A DNA stretch of 64,000 bases. Origin: Candidatus Undinarchaeales archaeon. GTDB taxonomy: Archaea; SpSt-1190; JASMDC01. The notes under the pieces are model-generated. The model was not told where the DNA came from and searched no databases. It saw only the letters and a program-made list of their open reading frames with translations. Positions 20,364 to 29,602 of this stretch are shown here, in pieces; positions within the stretch are counted from its first letter, which is position 1, and every line of letters starts with the position of its first letter. The translations under genes and the position numbers were made by a program. The stretch lies in NCBI GenBank assembly GCA_030753015.1, contig JASMDC010000010.1, positions 32,099 through 96,098 of the forward strand, given 5' to 3'.

Positions 20364-21410
20364 CTAACCTTTGGTGAGGATACCGCCAGCTACGAGGCGC
20401 TGCTTCGGATCATTGAGCTGTGCTATGAGGAACCTGTCGTCAGCACGATAGGCGAGCTCTCTTGCGGTCGTCAGCGTGACCGTGCACGTGCTGCCAGGAG
20501 GCGCCTTGTCCGTCTCCTTCCCATCGACCACGATACGTGCCACGGTGGCAGGCGAGGACTGGAGACCGACGAACAGGTGGACCGTATCGCGTAGAGCGAG
20601 CCTGGATGTGAAGGGTGAGAGCCGTGTTTCAATCTCGAACTTGTTACCGATGCTCTCCTGCGCCGAGATGAGATACCCCCGGTCGAAGTCCTTGGCCCGG
20701 CCGCCCTTGAGGCATAGGCCCACACGCGTCCCGGCAGGGGCCTTGTCCACATCCTCGTCATTGCATTGGATGGAGCGTATCTCGACACCGAACTCCGGGG
20801 GGTAGACCGTCATCGCGTCACGCTTGGCGACCACACCACGGTCCACGTGACCGAGGATGACGCACCCGACGCCTTTTACCGTGAAGAAGTGGTCCACAAT
20901 GACCCGTGCGGGGCCATCGATGAGCTTGGCACGGTCCTCCTTGGCCACGACAGTCAGCTCGGCAAGGCGCTCGTGGAGCAGGTCCATCCCGGAGAAGGTT
21001 GTGGATGAGACCGGGACGATTCCCCAATCCTCCATGGACGTCCCCTTAACGACCGTGGAGACATTGTCGGCCAGCTCCGTCAGGGCCACGGGGAAGGACT
21101 CGTCCGCACGGGTGAGGACGATCAGACCGCGCTGCTTCTCGAGCAGGTCCATCGCTACGATGCACTCGCCGGTCCGGGCCGTGAGGCCGGAGGATGGGAC
21201 GCATACGATGACGATATCGGCCATGTTCACCGCCTGGACCAGACTCTTGATCGATTCCGGGTACTTCTTCACGTCAACGAAGGTGAACACACTATCGCCC
21301 TTTACGAGGTTGTAGAAGGTGATGTCCGAGTCGGTCCCCTTCTTTCCGAGCCTCCCAGCGAGTGTTGATACGCCCACGCCTTCGTCGCCCACAATGGCCA
21401 CTGTCGTCAT
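20364..21410 (-). CDS. Archaeal SelB-like (SelBL) EF-Tu-fold protein
   Basis: LGKKGTDSDITFYN, DHFFTVKGVGCVILG, EIRSIQ, GTRVGLCLKG motifs; degenerate P-loop. Confidence 0.8.
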   Translation of the reverse strand: MTTVAIVGDEGVGVSTLAGRLGKKGTDSDITFYNLVKGDSVFTFVDVKKYPESIKSLVQAVNMADIVIVCVPSSGLTARTGECIVAMDLLEKQRGLIVLTRADESFPVALTELADNVSTVVKGTSMEDWGIVPVSSTTFSGMDLLHERLAELTVVAKEDRAKLIDGPARVIVDHFFTVKGVGCVILGHVDRGVVAKRDAMTVYPPEFGVEIRSIQCNDEDVDKAPAGTRVGLCLKGGRAKDFDRGYLISAQESIGNKFEIETRLSPFTSRLALRDTVHLFVGLQSSPATVARIVVDGKETDKAPPGSTCTVTLTTARELAYRADDRFLIAQLNDPKQRLVAGGILTKG

Positions 21411-21476
21411 CGATACGAGCACACGCCCAAAGAGGTAAAAACCTATTGCCAGCGACAGTCCGCGACGCACGGACAA

Positions 21477-22391
21477 CTAGAAGATTATATGGAAGATGTA
21501 CTCCGTGGCCTCGACCTCGACGATGGCGGCCGTGAAGAGAATCACGAAAGCGCAGAGATAGGCGGGGGCGAGGCGGGCCGCGACGTCACGGGGACCCTCT
21601 GTAGCGTCCTTATCGACCAGCAGCCAGAATAGTGTACGCCACAAGGTCACGAACACGGCGGCAATCAGGAATATACCGGGGAGCTCGAGCACGCCGTGTG
21701 GTACGAGCAGGGGGATGGTCATGGGGAAAGGAAGGTCCTCGTCCCCAGCAACGACAGAACCGACGACATATCCGTTGACCACCATCGACATCAGGGGCAT
21801 GAAGCAGGCGGCAGCGGCCATCAGGGCGACAGCGACATAAGCGAGCCACCCACGCTCTGACATGGGACGAAGCCAATGAAAGAAACGGGCGACAAGGTAG
21901 AGCATCAGGCCCGGGAGCGTGAACGAGAAGGAGGACATCCCGAAGTTGTTGAGGAACAGGAAGATGTACGAGAGCGTGAACCCGCCATCCTCGGTCTCCT
22001 CGATGACCTTGTCGGCCAGGGGCGAGGCCTCCAGCAATGAGCGGATGATTTCGAAGTCGATGGGCCAAATGACTCCCACAAGGGCCATCGCGATGAACAG
22101 GCTCGCAAGCGCGGTCCAGGTCCTTCGCAACCGTCGCACCGACCCGAGCATCCTTGCAGGGCCCGTACCGAGTGCTGCGGCCAGCCCCATGAACAGGGCA
22201 CCAGCTGAAAGGACCGCGGCCCCGAGGCCGTGGGCGACCTTTATCATTAGCAGGGATGTATCATCGGGACCGATGCGGCCGTCCCACACACGGGCGCCGA
22301 TGGAATGGTGGACGAGAAGGAGCGTGACCACTGCAACGATGGTCCTTATCTGCCTGTCCGTGGTCTCGTCCCCGCTGGTCGGCATTCCCAC
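21477..22391 (-). CDS. SpoIIM-like (DUF95) membrane protein
   Basis: IFLFLNN, VVNG, LVPHGVLELPG and AAIVE motifs; start uncertain. Confidence 0.8.
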   Translation of the reverse strand: MGMPTSGDETTDRQIRTIVAVVTLLLVHHSIGARVWDGRIGPDDTSLLMIKVAHGLGAAVLSAGALFMGLAAALGTGPARMLGSVRRLRRTWTALASLFIAMALVGVIWPIDFEIIRSLLEASPLADKVIEETEDGGFTLSYIFLFLNNFGMSSFSFTLPGLMLYLVARFFHWLRPMSERGWLAYVAVALMAAAACFMPLMSMVVNGYVVGSVVAGDEDLPFPMTIPLLVPHGVLELPGIFLIAAVFVTLWRTLFWLLVDKDATEGPRDVAARLAPAYLCAFVILFTAAIVEVEATEYIFHIIF

Positions 22392-22505
22392 ACCAACGGA
22401 GGGGAAGCAAACGGTTTAATCTGCTTTGGTCCGGCGCCCCAAAAAGTTATCACTTCCCCGTGATAAAATATATAACGGGCAGATGGCTGATCTCATTCAC
22501 TCGCC

Positions 22506-23117
22506 ATGGAGCTCGGGGATACGACGTTCGGCATCGGCCTCCATCATGACGAGTGCTACGTGGGCGCCGGGGCCGTGTACTCGGAAGCGTACCAGTTCTA
22601 CCAGGCCACACCGGTAAAAGACGGCGTACTCCTCTACCCTCACCATGATCCTAACCTCGAGGAGGCCTACGTTCACGGTCCTTACAAGTCCGAGTTCAAC
22701 ACCGGAAAGGTCGAATCGGAACGACAGCTCGCGAGCGTCTTTCCCAGCGCGTCGTACCGCAACGATATCCTCTCACGCTACTCTGACCTCGTCATCACCG
22801 GTGGCGACGCCCGTCACTGCATGGCGAACATGCTAGAAGAGCTCATCGAGAACAGCGACCGTGAAAGGGACATCTACCTCGTGTCCGATGCGATCTACGA
22901 CTCCTGCAAGACAATGGACCGGCAGCTCGAGAAGCAGAACGCAGCGGAGCGACTGTTCAACAACGGCTCCCACTACGGTGCTTTCGAGCAGCTGAAGGTG
23001 CGCACACCCATCGACGTGTACGAGATCGACGGAACGGTCACCCATATCGACGGTGAGCGGGGCAGGCCGACGGTCCGCGTGCACGTGACAAGCATCGAGG
23101 ACGTCATCGACAGATAA
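22506..23117 (+). CDS. Hypothetical protein
   Basis: 203-aa ORF with host-like codon usage and a TATA-like element upstream. Confidence 0.6.
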   Translation: MELGDTTFGIGLHHDECYVGAGAVYSEAYQFYQATPVKDGVLLYPHHDPNLEEAYVHGPYKSEFNTGKVESERQLASVFPSASYRNDILSRYSDLVITGGDARHCMANMLEELIENSDRERDIYLVSDAIYDSCKTMDRQLEKQNAAERLFNNGSHYGAFEQLKVRTPIDVYEIDGTVTHIDGERGRPTVRVHVTSIEDVIDR

Positions 23118-23194
23118 TGTCCGGACGGACCGGCGCGGAGCCGTAGCTTATTTAAGCCCAATCGCACTTCCTGCACTCACCTGGCGAGAGAGAG

Positions 23195-24001
23195 ATGGTG
23201 CGAGATCTCAAGGAGGACCGTGAGCGGTTACTACGATTCGGACAGGGGGACAGCCCCGTCATCCTAACTGTACCGCACGGCGGCACGACACCCATCCCCG
23301 GCATCGATGGACGGCGTGGGGACCCGAATATCCCTGGGGACTGGGAATACTTCACCGACATGGATGTGAACACGTTCCAGCTCGGGGAGCTGGTGAGGGC
23401 GCGGATGGCCAAGCATGAGGTGATCCCCTTCACGGTCATCACCATGGCGAGCAGGCGGGACCTGGACATCAACAGGAGCTGGGACCACAATCTCCGCGGA
23501 TACGAGGCCGCGGGCGTGCCGGAGGATGGGATACGACGAGCTAAACGCGTGTTCGACGGTTTCCATGACACGATAGCAGAGTACATCGGAGATATCCGGG
23601 AGCGGTTCGGGCCGAACCTCGTGGAGAACGCGTTCCTCATCGACCTTCACGGGACACATCTTGCCAGCGACGCCCAGATCGAGCTGGGAACCCTGCATGG
23701 CGTATCGGCCAAGCTCGAGCTCGTCTACCCTGTAGCGTACACCGTGCCCACGCTCTGGGATGCCTTCGCCAAAGCGGGCTTCAGGCTCTCCGGGGAGCCT
23801 GTCCCCGAGGGAGAGGACCTTGAGGGTTGCTTCGTGTCAGCACACCACGGGCGGAAGAATCCGGGCGGTCTCAATGCCGTGCTCGTCGAGGTTGACATAA
23901 GCCTCCGTCAGGAGGAGGAGCTCCCACGGACGGCAGCTCGCATCGGTGACGTCCTGGCAGGTTCCGTCCGCGCAGCGATATTGCGTGCGGACGACGTGTA
24001 A
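23195..24001 (+). CDS. N-formylglutamate amidohydrolase-like Zn hydrolase
   Basis: ILTVPHGG, DINR, FHDTI, LIDLHG and IELGT motifs. Confidence 0.72.
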   Translation: MVRDLKEDRERLLRFGQGDSPVILTVPHGGTTPIPGIDGRRGDPNIPGDWEYFTDMDVNTFQLGELVRARMAKHEVIPFTVITMASRRDLDINRSWDHNLRGYEAAGVPEDGIRRAKRVFDGFHDTIAEYIGDIRERFGPNLVENAFLIDLHGTHLASDAQIELGTLHGVSAKLELVYPVAYTVPTLWDAFAKAGFRLSGEPVPEGEDLEGCFVSAHHGRKNPGGLNAVLVEVDISLRQEEELPRTAARIGDVLAGSVRAAILRADDV

Positions 24002-24055
24002 AAGAAGGGTGACCGGGAGCGAAGGACACCCCCGACCTTTCCGGTGACGAGGTCG

Positions 24056-25411
24056 TTACTTCTCCTCGTCCTTCTTATCTTCTTCTTCCTTCTCAGGTTC
24101 CTCTTCCTTTTCCTTCTTCTCGGGCACCTTCTTGGCCGACTTCTCCTCTTCCTCTTCTTCTTCCTTCTCAGGCTCCTTGCCCGCAGGAGCATTGGTGATG
24201 AGGGCCAGGAGGGCCGCCACCACGCACAGACCGGCAGCGATGAGGAAGGCCTGGTCGTACACCTGAAGGGTGTCTTTTACATAGCCTCCGAGCATGGGGC
24301 CGAAGATGCCGGCCACACCGTAGGACGTGAACACCCAGCCGTAGTTGATGCCGATGTTCTTGGTGCCGAAGAAATCGGCGGTAGCGGACGGGAAGAGGGC
24401 GAAGTTGCCCCCGAAGTTGAAGCCCACGAGGCAGGCCACGCCCATGATGGCATAGTAACCGGTCACCTGGGTGAGGCCGAACATGGCCCCTGCCTGGAGC
24501 AGGAACATGATCATCATGGCCTTTGCGCGACCGATCTTGTCGGAGGCAGCGCCCCACACGATGCGGCCAAGTCCATTGAAGATGGAGAGCATCCCCACGA
24601 TGGTGATTGCCTTGCCACCGGCATCGGCGATGTTCCCTGCGGTGAGGATATCCTGAGAGAAGCCTTTGATGTGGCCGATGGTCATGAGGCCGGCGGTGGC
24701 CCCTATGATGAACATGAACCAGAGCAGCCAGAACTGCTTGGTGCCCAGCATCTCTCCCCACTCGTAGTTGTACGAGGAGGGGCCGCCCGCCTTGGCAGCA
24801 GGCGGCTCCCATCCCTCGGGCTTGTAGCCCTCGGGCGGGTTCTGGAGCATCTGTGCGGCCAGTGTGACCACCACAAGGAAGGTGATACCAAAGTAGAGGA
24901 ACACGTTGTACAGGCCCGGCTCGGGTGCAGTCGCGATCACGGGGATGAGCTTGGAAAAGATGTACGCGCCAGCACCGAAGCCCGCGACGGCAAGACCCGA
25001 GATGAGCCCCCGCTTGTCGGGGAACCACTTCACGAGGGCGGCGATTGGGCACACGTAGGCGAGGCCGATACCAGCGCCACCGATGATACCATAGGTGAGC
25101 ACGATCCAACCGGTCGTCGGGGGTACGCCCTGACTGGCGAGGATGTAACCGATACCGTACAGGATACCACCTACCGTGGCGACCTTGCGTGGTCCGGCCT
25201 TGTCCTGCCAGCGGCCTGCGAGCACCATGACCACCGCGAAGGTGGCAAGGCCCACGGAGAAGGGCAGCGATGCATCCTGGTGGCTCCATCCGAAACCCGT
25301 TGTGAGCAGGCTCTTGATGGGGCTCCAGGCGTAGATCACGCCCAGGCATAGCTGGATCGCGATAGCGGCTATGACTATGTTCCATCGGTTCGTAGTAGTC
25401 TCTCTTGACAT
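24056..25411 (-). CDS. OFA-family (OxlT-like) MFS transporter with charged C-terminal tail
   Basis: CLGVIYAWS, GRWQDKAGPR, KWFPDKRGLISGLAVAGFGAG, FFGTKNIGINYG motifs. Confidence 0.9.
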   Translation of the reverse strand: MSRETTTNRWNIVIAAIAIQLCLGVIYAWSPIKSLLTTGFGWSHQDASLPFSVGLATFAVVMVLAGRWQDKAGPRKVATVGGILYGIGYILASQGVPPTTGWIVLTYGIIGGAGIGLAYVCPIAALVKWFPDKRGLISGLAVAGFGAGAYIFSKLIPVIATAPEPGLYNVFLYFGITFLVVVTLAAQMLQNPPEGYKPEGWEPPAAKAGGPSSYNYEWGEMLGTKQFWLLWFMFIIGATAGLMTIGHIKGFSQDILTAGNIADAGGKAITIVGMLSIFNGLGRIVWGAASDKIGRAKAMMIMFLLQAGAMFGLTQVTGYYAIMGVACLVGFNFGGNFALFPSATADFFGTKNIGINYGWVFTSYGVAGIFGPMLGGYVKDTLQVYDQAFLIAAGLCVVAALLALITNAPAGKEPEKEEEEEEEKSAKKVPEKKEKEEEPEKEEEDKKDEEK

Positions 25412-25528
25412 GGGATCAGCTACAGCACGAAACCGCCCTGTCACCTTTAAAAATGTTGATTTGGGGGGCGATGAATCTTTGGAGAATGCCTAATCCATAT
25501 TACTTGGAATTCGAAGTGCTAACCTATT

Positions 25529-26797
25529 CTAATCCGGACCTTCCGATGTTACCTCGCTGACATGGCTCGGAACGGCCTGCGCCAGGACGGATCCCATCAC
25601 GCACAGTCCGCCGGCCGCCAAGAACGCCCTGTCGTAGACGAGCAAGGTGTCTTTGACCCAGCCGCCGAGCATAGGGCCCGCGACCCCCGCCATCCCGTAG
25701 GCGGTGATCACCCAGCCGTAGTTCACGCCTAGGTTCTTGGTCCCGAATAGGTCTGCTGTGGCGGAGGGGAAGAGAGCGAAGTTACCTCCGAAGTTGAAGC
25801 CCACCAGGCAGGCGGCCGCAAGGACGGTATAGTAGGACGAGGTCAGGGTGAGGGCGACCATGGCCCCTGCCTGGAGCAGGAACATGAGGCCCATGGCAGA
25901 GGGCCTTCCGAGCCTGTCGGAAGCGGCGCCCCACACGATTCGGCCAAGGGCATTGAACACGGAGAGCATCCCCACGATGGTGAGGGCCTTGCCCGCTGCG
26001 TCCGTGACACCCTGTGCCTCCAGGACCTCCTGGGAGAAGCCCTTGATGTGGCCGATCGTCATGAGGCCTGCAGTGGCCCCGATGAAGAACATCGCCCAGA
26101 GCAGCCAGAACAGCCGTGTGCGGAGCATCTGGCGCCAGGGGACGTCCGGAGCGGCGTGTGCCGCGGCCTCGCGCGGCGTCGGCACCCATCCCTCGGGACG
26201 GTAGCCCTCGGGGGGATTGCGGAGGAACTGGGCGCCCAAGGTCACGACCACCAGAAAGATCGCACCGAACCAGAGGAACACTGTGTATAGCCCCGGGTCC
26301 GGCGATGTCGCGAGCATGGGGATGAGCTTGGAGAAGATGAACGCGCCAGCACCGAATCCCGCGACGGCAAGACCCGAGATGAGCCCCCGCTTGTCCGGGA
26401 ACCATTTCACCAGGGCGGCGATCGGGCAAACATAAGCGAGCCCGATACCTGCACCGCCGATGATACCGTAGGTGGTCACGAGCCAGGCGAGAGTGGGGGG
26501 ATGACCCAGGCTGGCGAGGAGGTAGCCGAGGCCGTAGAGGATACCGCCCGCAGTGGCCACGCGCCGTGGTCCGACCTTGTCCTGCCACCTGCCGGCGTAC
26601 ACCATGACCGCTGCATTGACCGCGAGGGCGACCGAGAATGGCAGGGATGCCGCGGTATGGCCCCAGCCGAATCCCGTGGTGAGCATGCTCTTGATAGGGC
26701 TCCAGGCATAGACGACACCGAGACAGAGCTGTATGGCGATGGCGGCGATCACTATGGTCCAGCGTTCGGGGATGTGACTGTGCGGCTTCGGGGCCAC
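25529..26797 (-). CDS. OFA-family MFS transporter (tandem paralog)
   Basis: Same motifs as the neighbour, with long identical stretches. Confidence 0.9.
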   Translation of the reverse strand: MAPKPHSHIPERWTIVIAAIAIQLCLGVVYAWSPIKSMLTTGFGWGHTAASLPFSVALAVNAAVMVYAGRWQDKVGPRRVATAGGILYGLGYLLASLGHPPTLAWLVTTYGIIGGAGIGLAYVCPIAALVKWFPDKRGLISGLAVAGFGAGAFIFSKLIPMLATSPDPGLYTVFLWFGAIFLVVVTLGAQFLRNPPEGYRPEGWVPTPREAAAHAAPDVPWRQMLRTRLFWLLWAMFFIGATAGLMTIGHIKGFSQEVLEAQGVTDAAGKALTIVGMLSVFNALGRIVWGAASDRLGRPSAMGLMFLLQAGAMVALTLTSSYYTVLAAACLVGFNFGGNFALFPSATADLFGTKNLGVNYGWVITAYGMAGVAGPMLGGWVKDTLLVYDRAFLAAGGLCVMGSVLAQAVPSHVSEVTSEGPD

Positions 26798-26890
26798 GGA
26801 AGCTTGCCTGGGTAGCCCTCCTTATGAACCTTCCCCGGGGGTCAATGGGTGAAGCTTGAAAAAGCAAGAAGTACTCCGGAGTCAGTGCAC

Positions 26891-27454
26891 ATGGACCTAC
26901 AGCTCACTCAAGAGCAACGACGTCTGCTGATACTCATCCATACATACACGGCTCCACGGGACGATGGTTCCCAGGTATGGCTCAAGGACCTGCCGCTGCG
27001 TGCGCTGATGTACGACGGTATCGTCAAGAAGGTGTTCGACTGGGACTACTCGCCCACATCTGTGTTCGTCCATGGGATTAGGCGTTTCATCAATATCAGC
27101 CAGGAGGGGGAGCACGACCTCATCGAGCTGCGGGAGGCGGGCCTGGTCGACAAGCTCCGCATAACCGCCACAGAGCACGTCCCTTCGAAAGCTTACCGTT
27201 CCAGTGTCGAGGGGGCCGCCGTCGTGGCCGACTTCCCCGAAGAGGACCGGAAGACCATCATAGACCTCATCTCGTGCCTGCGTTGCGAGAGCGCCCGGGA
27301 GGTGCGGGTGACGTCCAGTGAAGCGTTCTACTTCTGCAAGGACTGCGAGAGCACGGAGCACATCGGTCTGTTCAATATCGAGGACGTAGCGTACGTCGCA
27401 CGGCCCTATTTACCTCGAGTGCTGGGTGTGGGATCGACGGGGGGTGAGAGCTGA
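26891..27454 (+). CDS. Uncharacterised protein: wHTH-like region plus C-terminal Zn ribbon
   Basis: FDWDYSP, NISQEGEHDLIELREAGLV, CLRC...CKDC; ends 2 nt before the next gene. Confidence 0.75.
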   Translation: MDLQLTQEQRRLLILIHTYTAPRDDGSQVWLKDLPLRALMYDGIVKKVFDWDYSPTSVFVHGIRRFINISQEGEHDLIELREAGLVDKLRITATEHVPSKAYRSSVEGAAVVADFPEEDRKTIIDLISCLRCESAREVRVTSSEAFYFCKDCESTEHIGLFNIEDVAYVARPYLPRVLGVGSTGGES

Positions 27455-27456
27455 GC

Positions 27457-29247
27457 ATGGAGATCATCGATGAGCTCGAAGAGCTCGTGTTCCTCGAGAA
27501 CCCACGTATCCTGGTGACCGAGTGGATCCCGTGCGGGAGGAACCAGATCCTATCGCTCACGGACGGGCTCGAAGCTGTGAAGGAGGTCAATGATTCCCTC
27601 TACACGACGACGATGGACGTCCCCAACAGGCTCCACACACTGGTGACGGGGCCTGTCCTCACCAAGCTCCAGATGCAGGACCACGATCCTGCGAGCTACA
27701 TACGCTTCCATGCCAAGGTGTTCTACCCCGAGACCGTGCACCAGGTGGAGGAGTTCGGAGTGCACGTGGACTGGACCGGGCGCATCATCTACGGTCTGAT
27801 CCTGGAGCAGGTCGAGAAGCGCAAGAAGCGACAATCACTGGACCACATGTCTCGGGTCGTGGCCGACATCGTGCTCGACACGTCAACGATGATCGAGACC
27901 ATGCTCTCGGTGTTCCAGCGGGACGTCCTTGATACGGTGTTCTTCGAGAACCCCAACGAACGGAACAAGTTCGTGACAATCATCGCGGAGCGGATGACGC
28001 CCAAACGCAAGTCCCCCGCGGACTACCTGACCGAACGGCGCCTCAAGGGCGAGATCAACCAGGTCATCGAGAACGTGCACAAGGCAGAATCCCTGAGCGA
28101 TGGCGAAGCCGTCTTCCTGGGGACCAAGGGCATAATCCTGGTGTCCCCGGAACCGACGAGGTACGAGGAGGTGCTCTCGCTGTTCAACGGCCTCCAGGCC
28201 CTCGACATATTCCAGCGTAACATCCACGCACGGGTGGGTGCGCTCTGGGACGAGATGCGCGAGACGCGTCGTCTCACGGAGGATGTCTCCGAGCTCGACA
28301 TCCAGCGTGTGTCGGAGGCACAGCACTCGCTCTCCCAGATGACCGACCAGCTCCTGGCCATCGGGGAATGTCTGCGGTACATGGAGGACGCGTTGGAGGC
28401 GCTCAGTAGCGAGTGGAGGGAGCTGCGGGAGCGACGGGCCGCAGAGATAGTCCACCCGGGCGTCTCGCGTCTGCTTAGCCTGCTCGACATCGGCAATACG
28501 CTCGATCTCACCGGACACCGGACACGTGGTATCGGCCGCACCCTCGTGGGTCTCCAGAAGGAGGTGAGCGGCGTGAAGGAGCTGGCCTCAACCATCGGCG
28601 AGCGTCAGATGCGCCACCTTAACGAGAACCTCCAGGAGAACATCGTCCAGATGGAGACTATGAGCCGCTCGTCCCAGCGCACCAGCGTGGCCATCAACAT
28701 GCTCCAGCTCATCCTCGCGGGCTCACTGGCCTTCGACATACTCAAGACGCTCTCGGGCGATTACGAGAACACGGTGTTCAGCTCCGTCGCCAGTGAGAAC
28801 CCGGTGGCATGGCTCGGGCTCACGGTGCTGGTGTGGGTCGGTCTGGCATCCATCTTCTTCAACATCATCCGACCCATCGAGAAACGACGGGAGAAAGGGC
28901 TGCATGCTCGCGTGAAGCTCAACGCACCATATGACAATGATGCGCTCAAGTCGTTCCTCAGCACCCGGGAGATGCTCGTTCAGGAGTCGACATGGGACCT
29001 CCATCACCACGTGTTCAGACGATCGTGGAGCGAGCGGGGCGAGGGTTGGCGGAACAACGAGGTGACCATCCAGATCGATTACGACGAGCTCACAGGGCTC
29101 TTCCGGGACCTCGTCGTGAGCATACCCGCGCCCCAGTACATCGATGAGAACGACGCGATCCAGATAGCACTGCTGGACCTGGTCACTGCCGATGTGCTGG
29201 AGCACAGGACGCTGGACGCCTTCCGGGAATTATCGGGTCACGAATGA
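27457..29247 (+). CDS. Uncharacterised membrane protein with CorA-like topology (large soluble domain, long helices, 2 TM, C-terminal domain)
   Basis: GGTGA RBS; 596 aa; coiled-coil stalk followed by two hydrophobic helices; no GMN motif. Confidence 0.7.
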   Translation: MEIIDELEELVFLENPRILVTEWIPCGRNQILSLTDGLEAVKEVNDSLYTTTMDVPNRLHTLVTGPVLTKLQMQDHDPASYIRFHAKVFYPETVHQVEEFGVHVDWTGRIIYGLILEQVEKRKKRQSLDHMSRVVADIVLDTSTMIETMLSVFQRDVLDTVFFENPNERNKFVTIIAERMTPKRKSPADYLTERRLKGEINQVIENVHKAESLSDGEAVFLGTKGIILVSPEPTRYEEVLSLFNGLQALDIFQRNIHARVGALWDEMRETRRLTEDVSELDIQRVSEAQHSLSQMTDQLLAIGECLRYMEDALEALSSEWRELRERRAAEIVHPGVSRLLSLLDIGNTLDLTGHRTRGIGRTLVGLQKEVSGVKELASTIGERQMRHLNENLQENIVQMETMSRSSQRTSVAINMLQLILAGSLAFDILKTLSGDYENTVFSSVASENPVAWLGLTVLVWVGLASIFFNIIRPIEKRREKGLHARVKLNAPYDNDALKSFLSTREMLVQESTWDLHHHVFRRSWSERGEGWRNNEVTIQIDYDELTGLFRDLVVSIPAPQYIDENDAIQIALLDLVTADVLEHRTLDAFRELSGHE

Positions 29248-29520
29248 TCGTGAGCTCGACCGGCGGTCCTTTTCTCCGGACGCAGCGTGCTTGCCGCTTC
29301 CTCTGCGGTCATCTCGTGGCGCCAGACGGCGGCGAGCAGTTCTTGGACGCTAATGTCCGCGGTCTTCGACTGATGCGCCCCTTCGCGCTTTCGGGGCGTT
29401 CGCTCCTGTGACCTTCTCTTCTCCGGGTCCTTGCTGAGGTAAACGGCCGACCACCGTGAGCCCTTTCGATGAAGCCTTCCCTGTTCTATCAGCGTGGTGA
29501 GGGTGGTGCTGGCGCGGAGG
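29238..29520 (-). pseudogene. Remnant of an orfA-like gene
   Basis: LTTLIEQGRLHRKGSRWSAVYLSKDPEKRRSQ aligns by eye with OrfA LSSCVGKGRLYREGARKSAVYYSMNSRKRRVQ; no intact N-terminus. Confidence 0.65.
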
Positions 29521-29602
29521 CAGGAGAGGATGGGTCCCCTGGTTATGCGCTCGGGTCTTATTATGATATAGTAAGCAGTTAAAATAATAATACGCCATAG
29601 CG

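Noticed and set aside
20364-21410. Selenocysteine elongation factor SelB
   Set aside because: The protein is short, has a degenerate P-loop and lacks the C-terminal extension. It fits the SelB-like family, and no other Sec machinery is seen.
24044-25385. Long alternative ORFs (435 aa plus strand, 405 aa minus strand) over the OFA transporter
   Set aside because: Shadow frames caused by high GC3; the same applies to most overlapping ORFs in the track (e.g. 52758-54290, 43182-44549).
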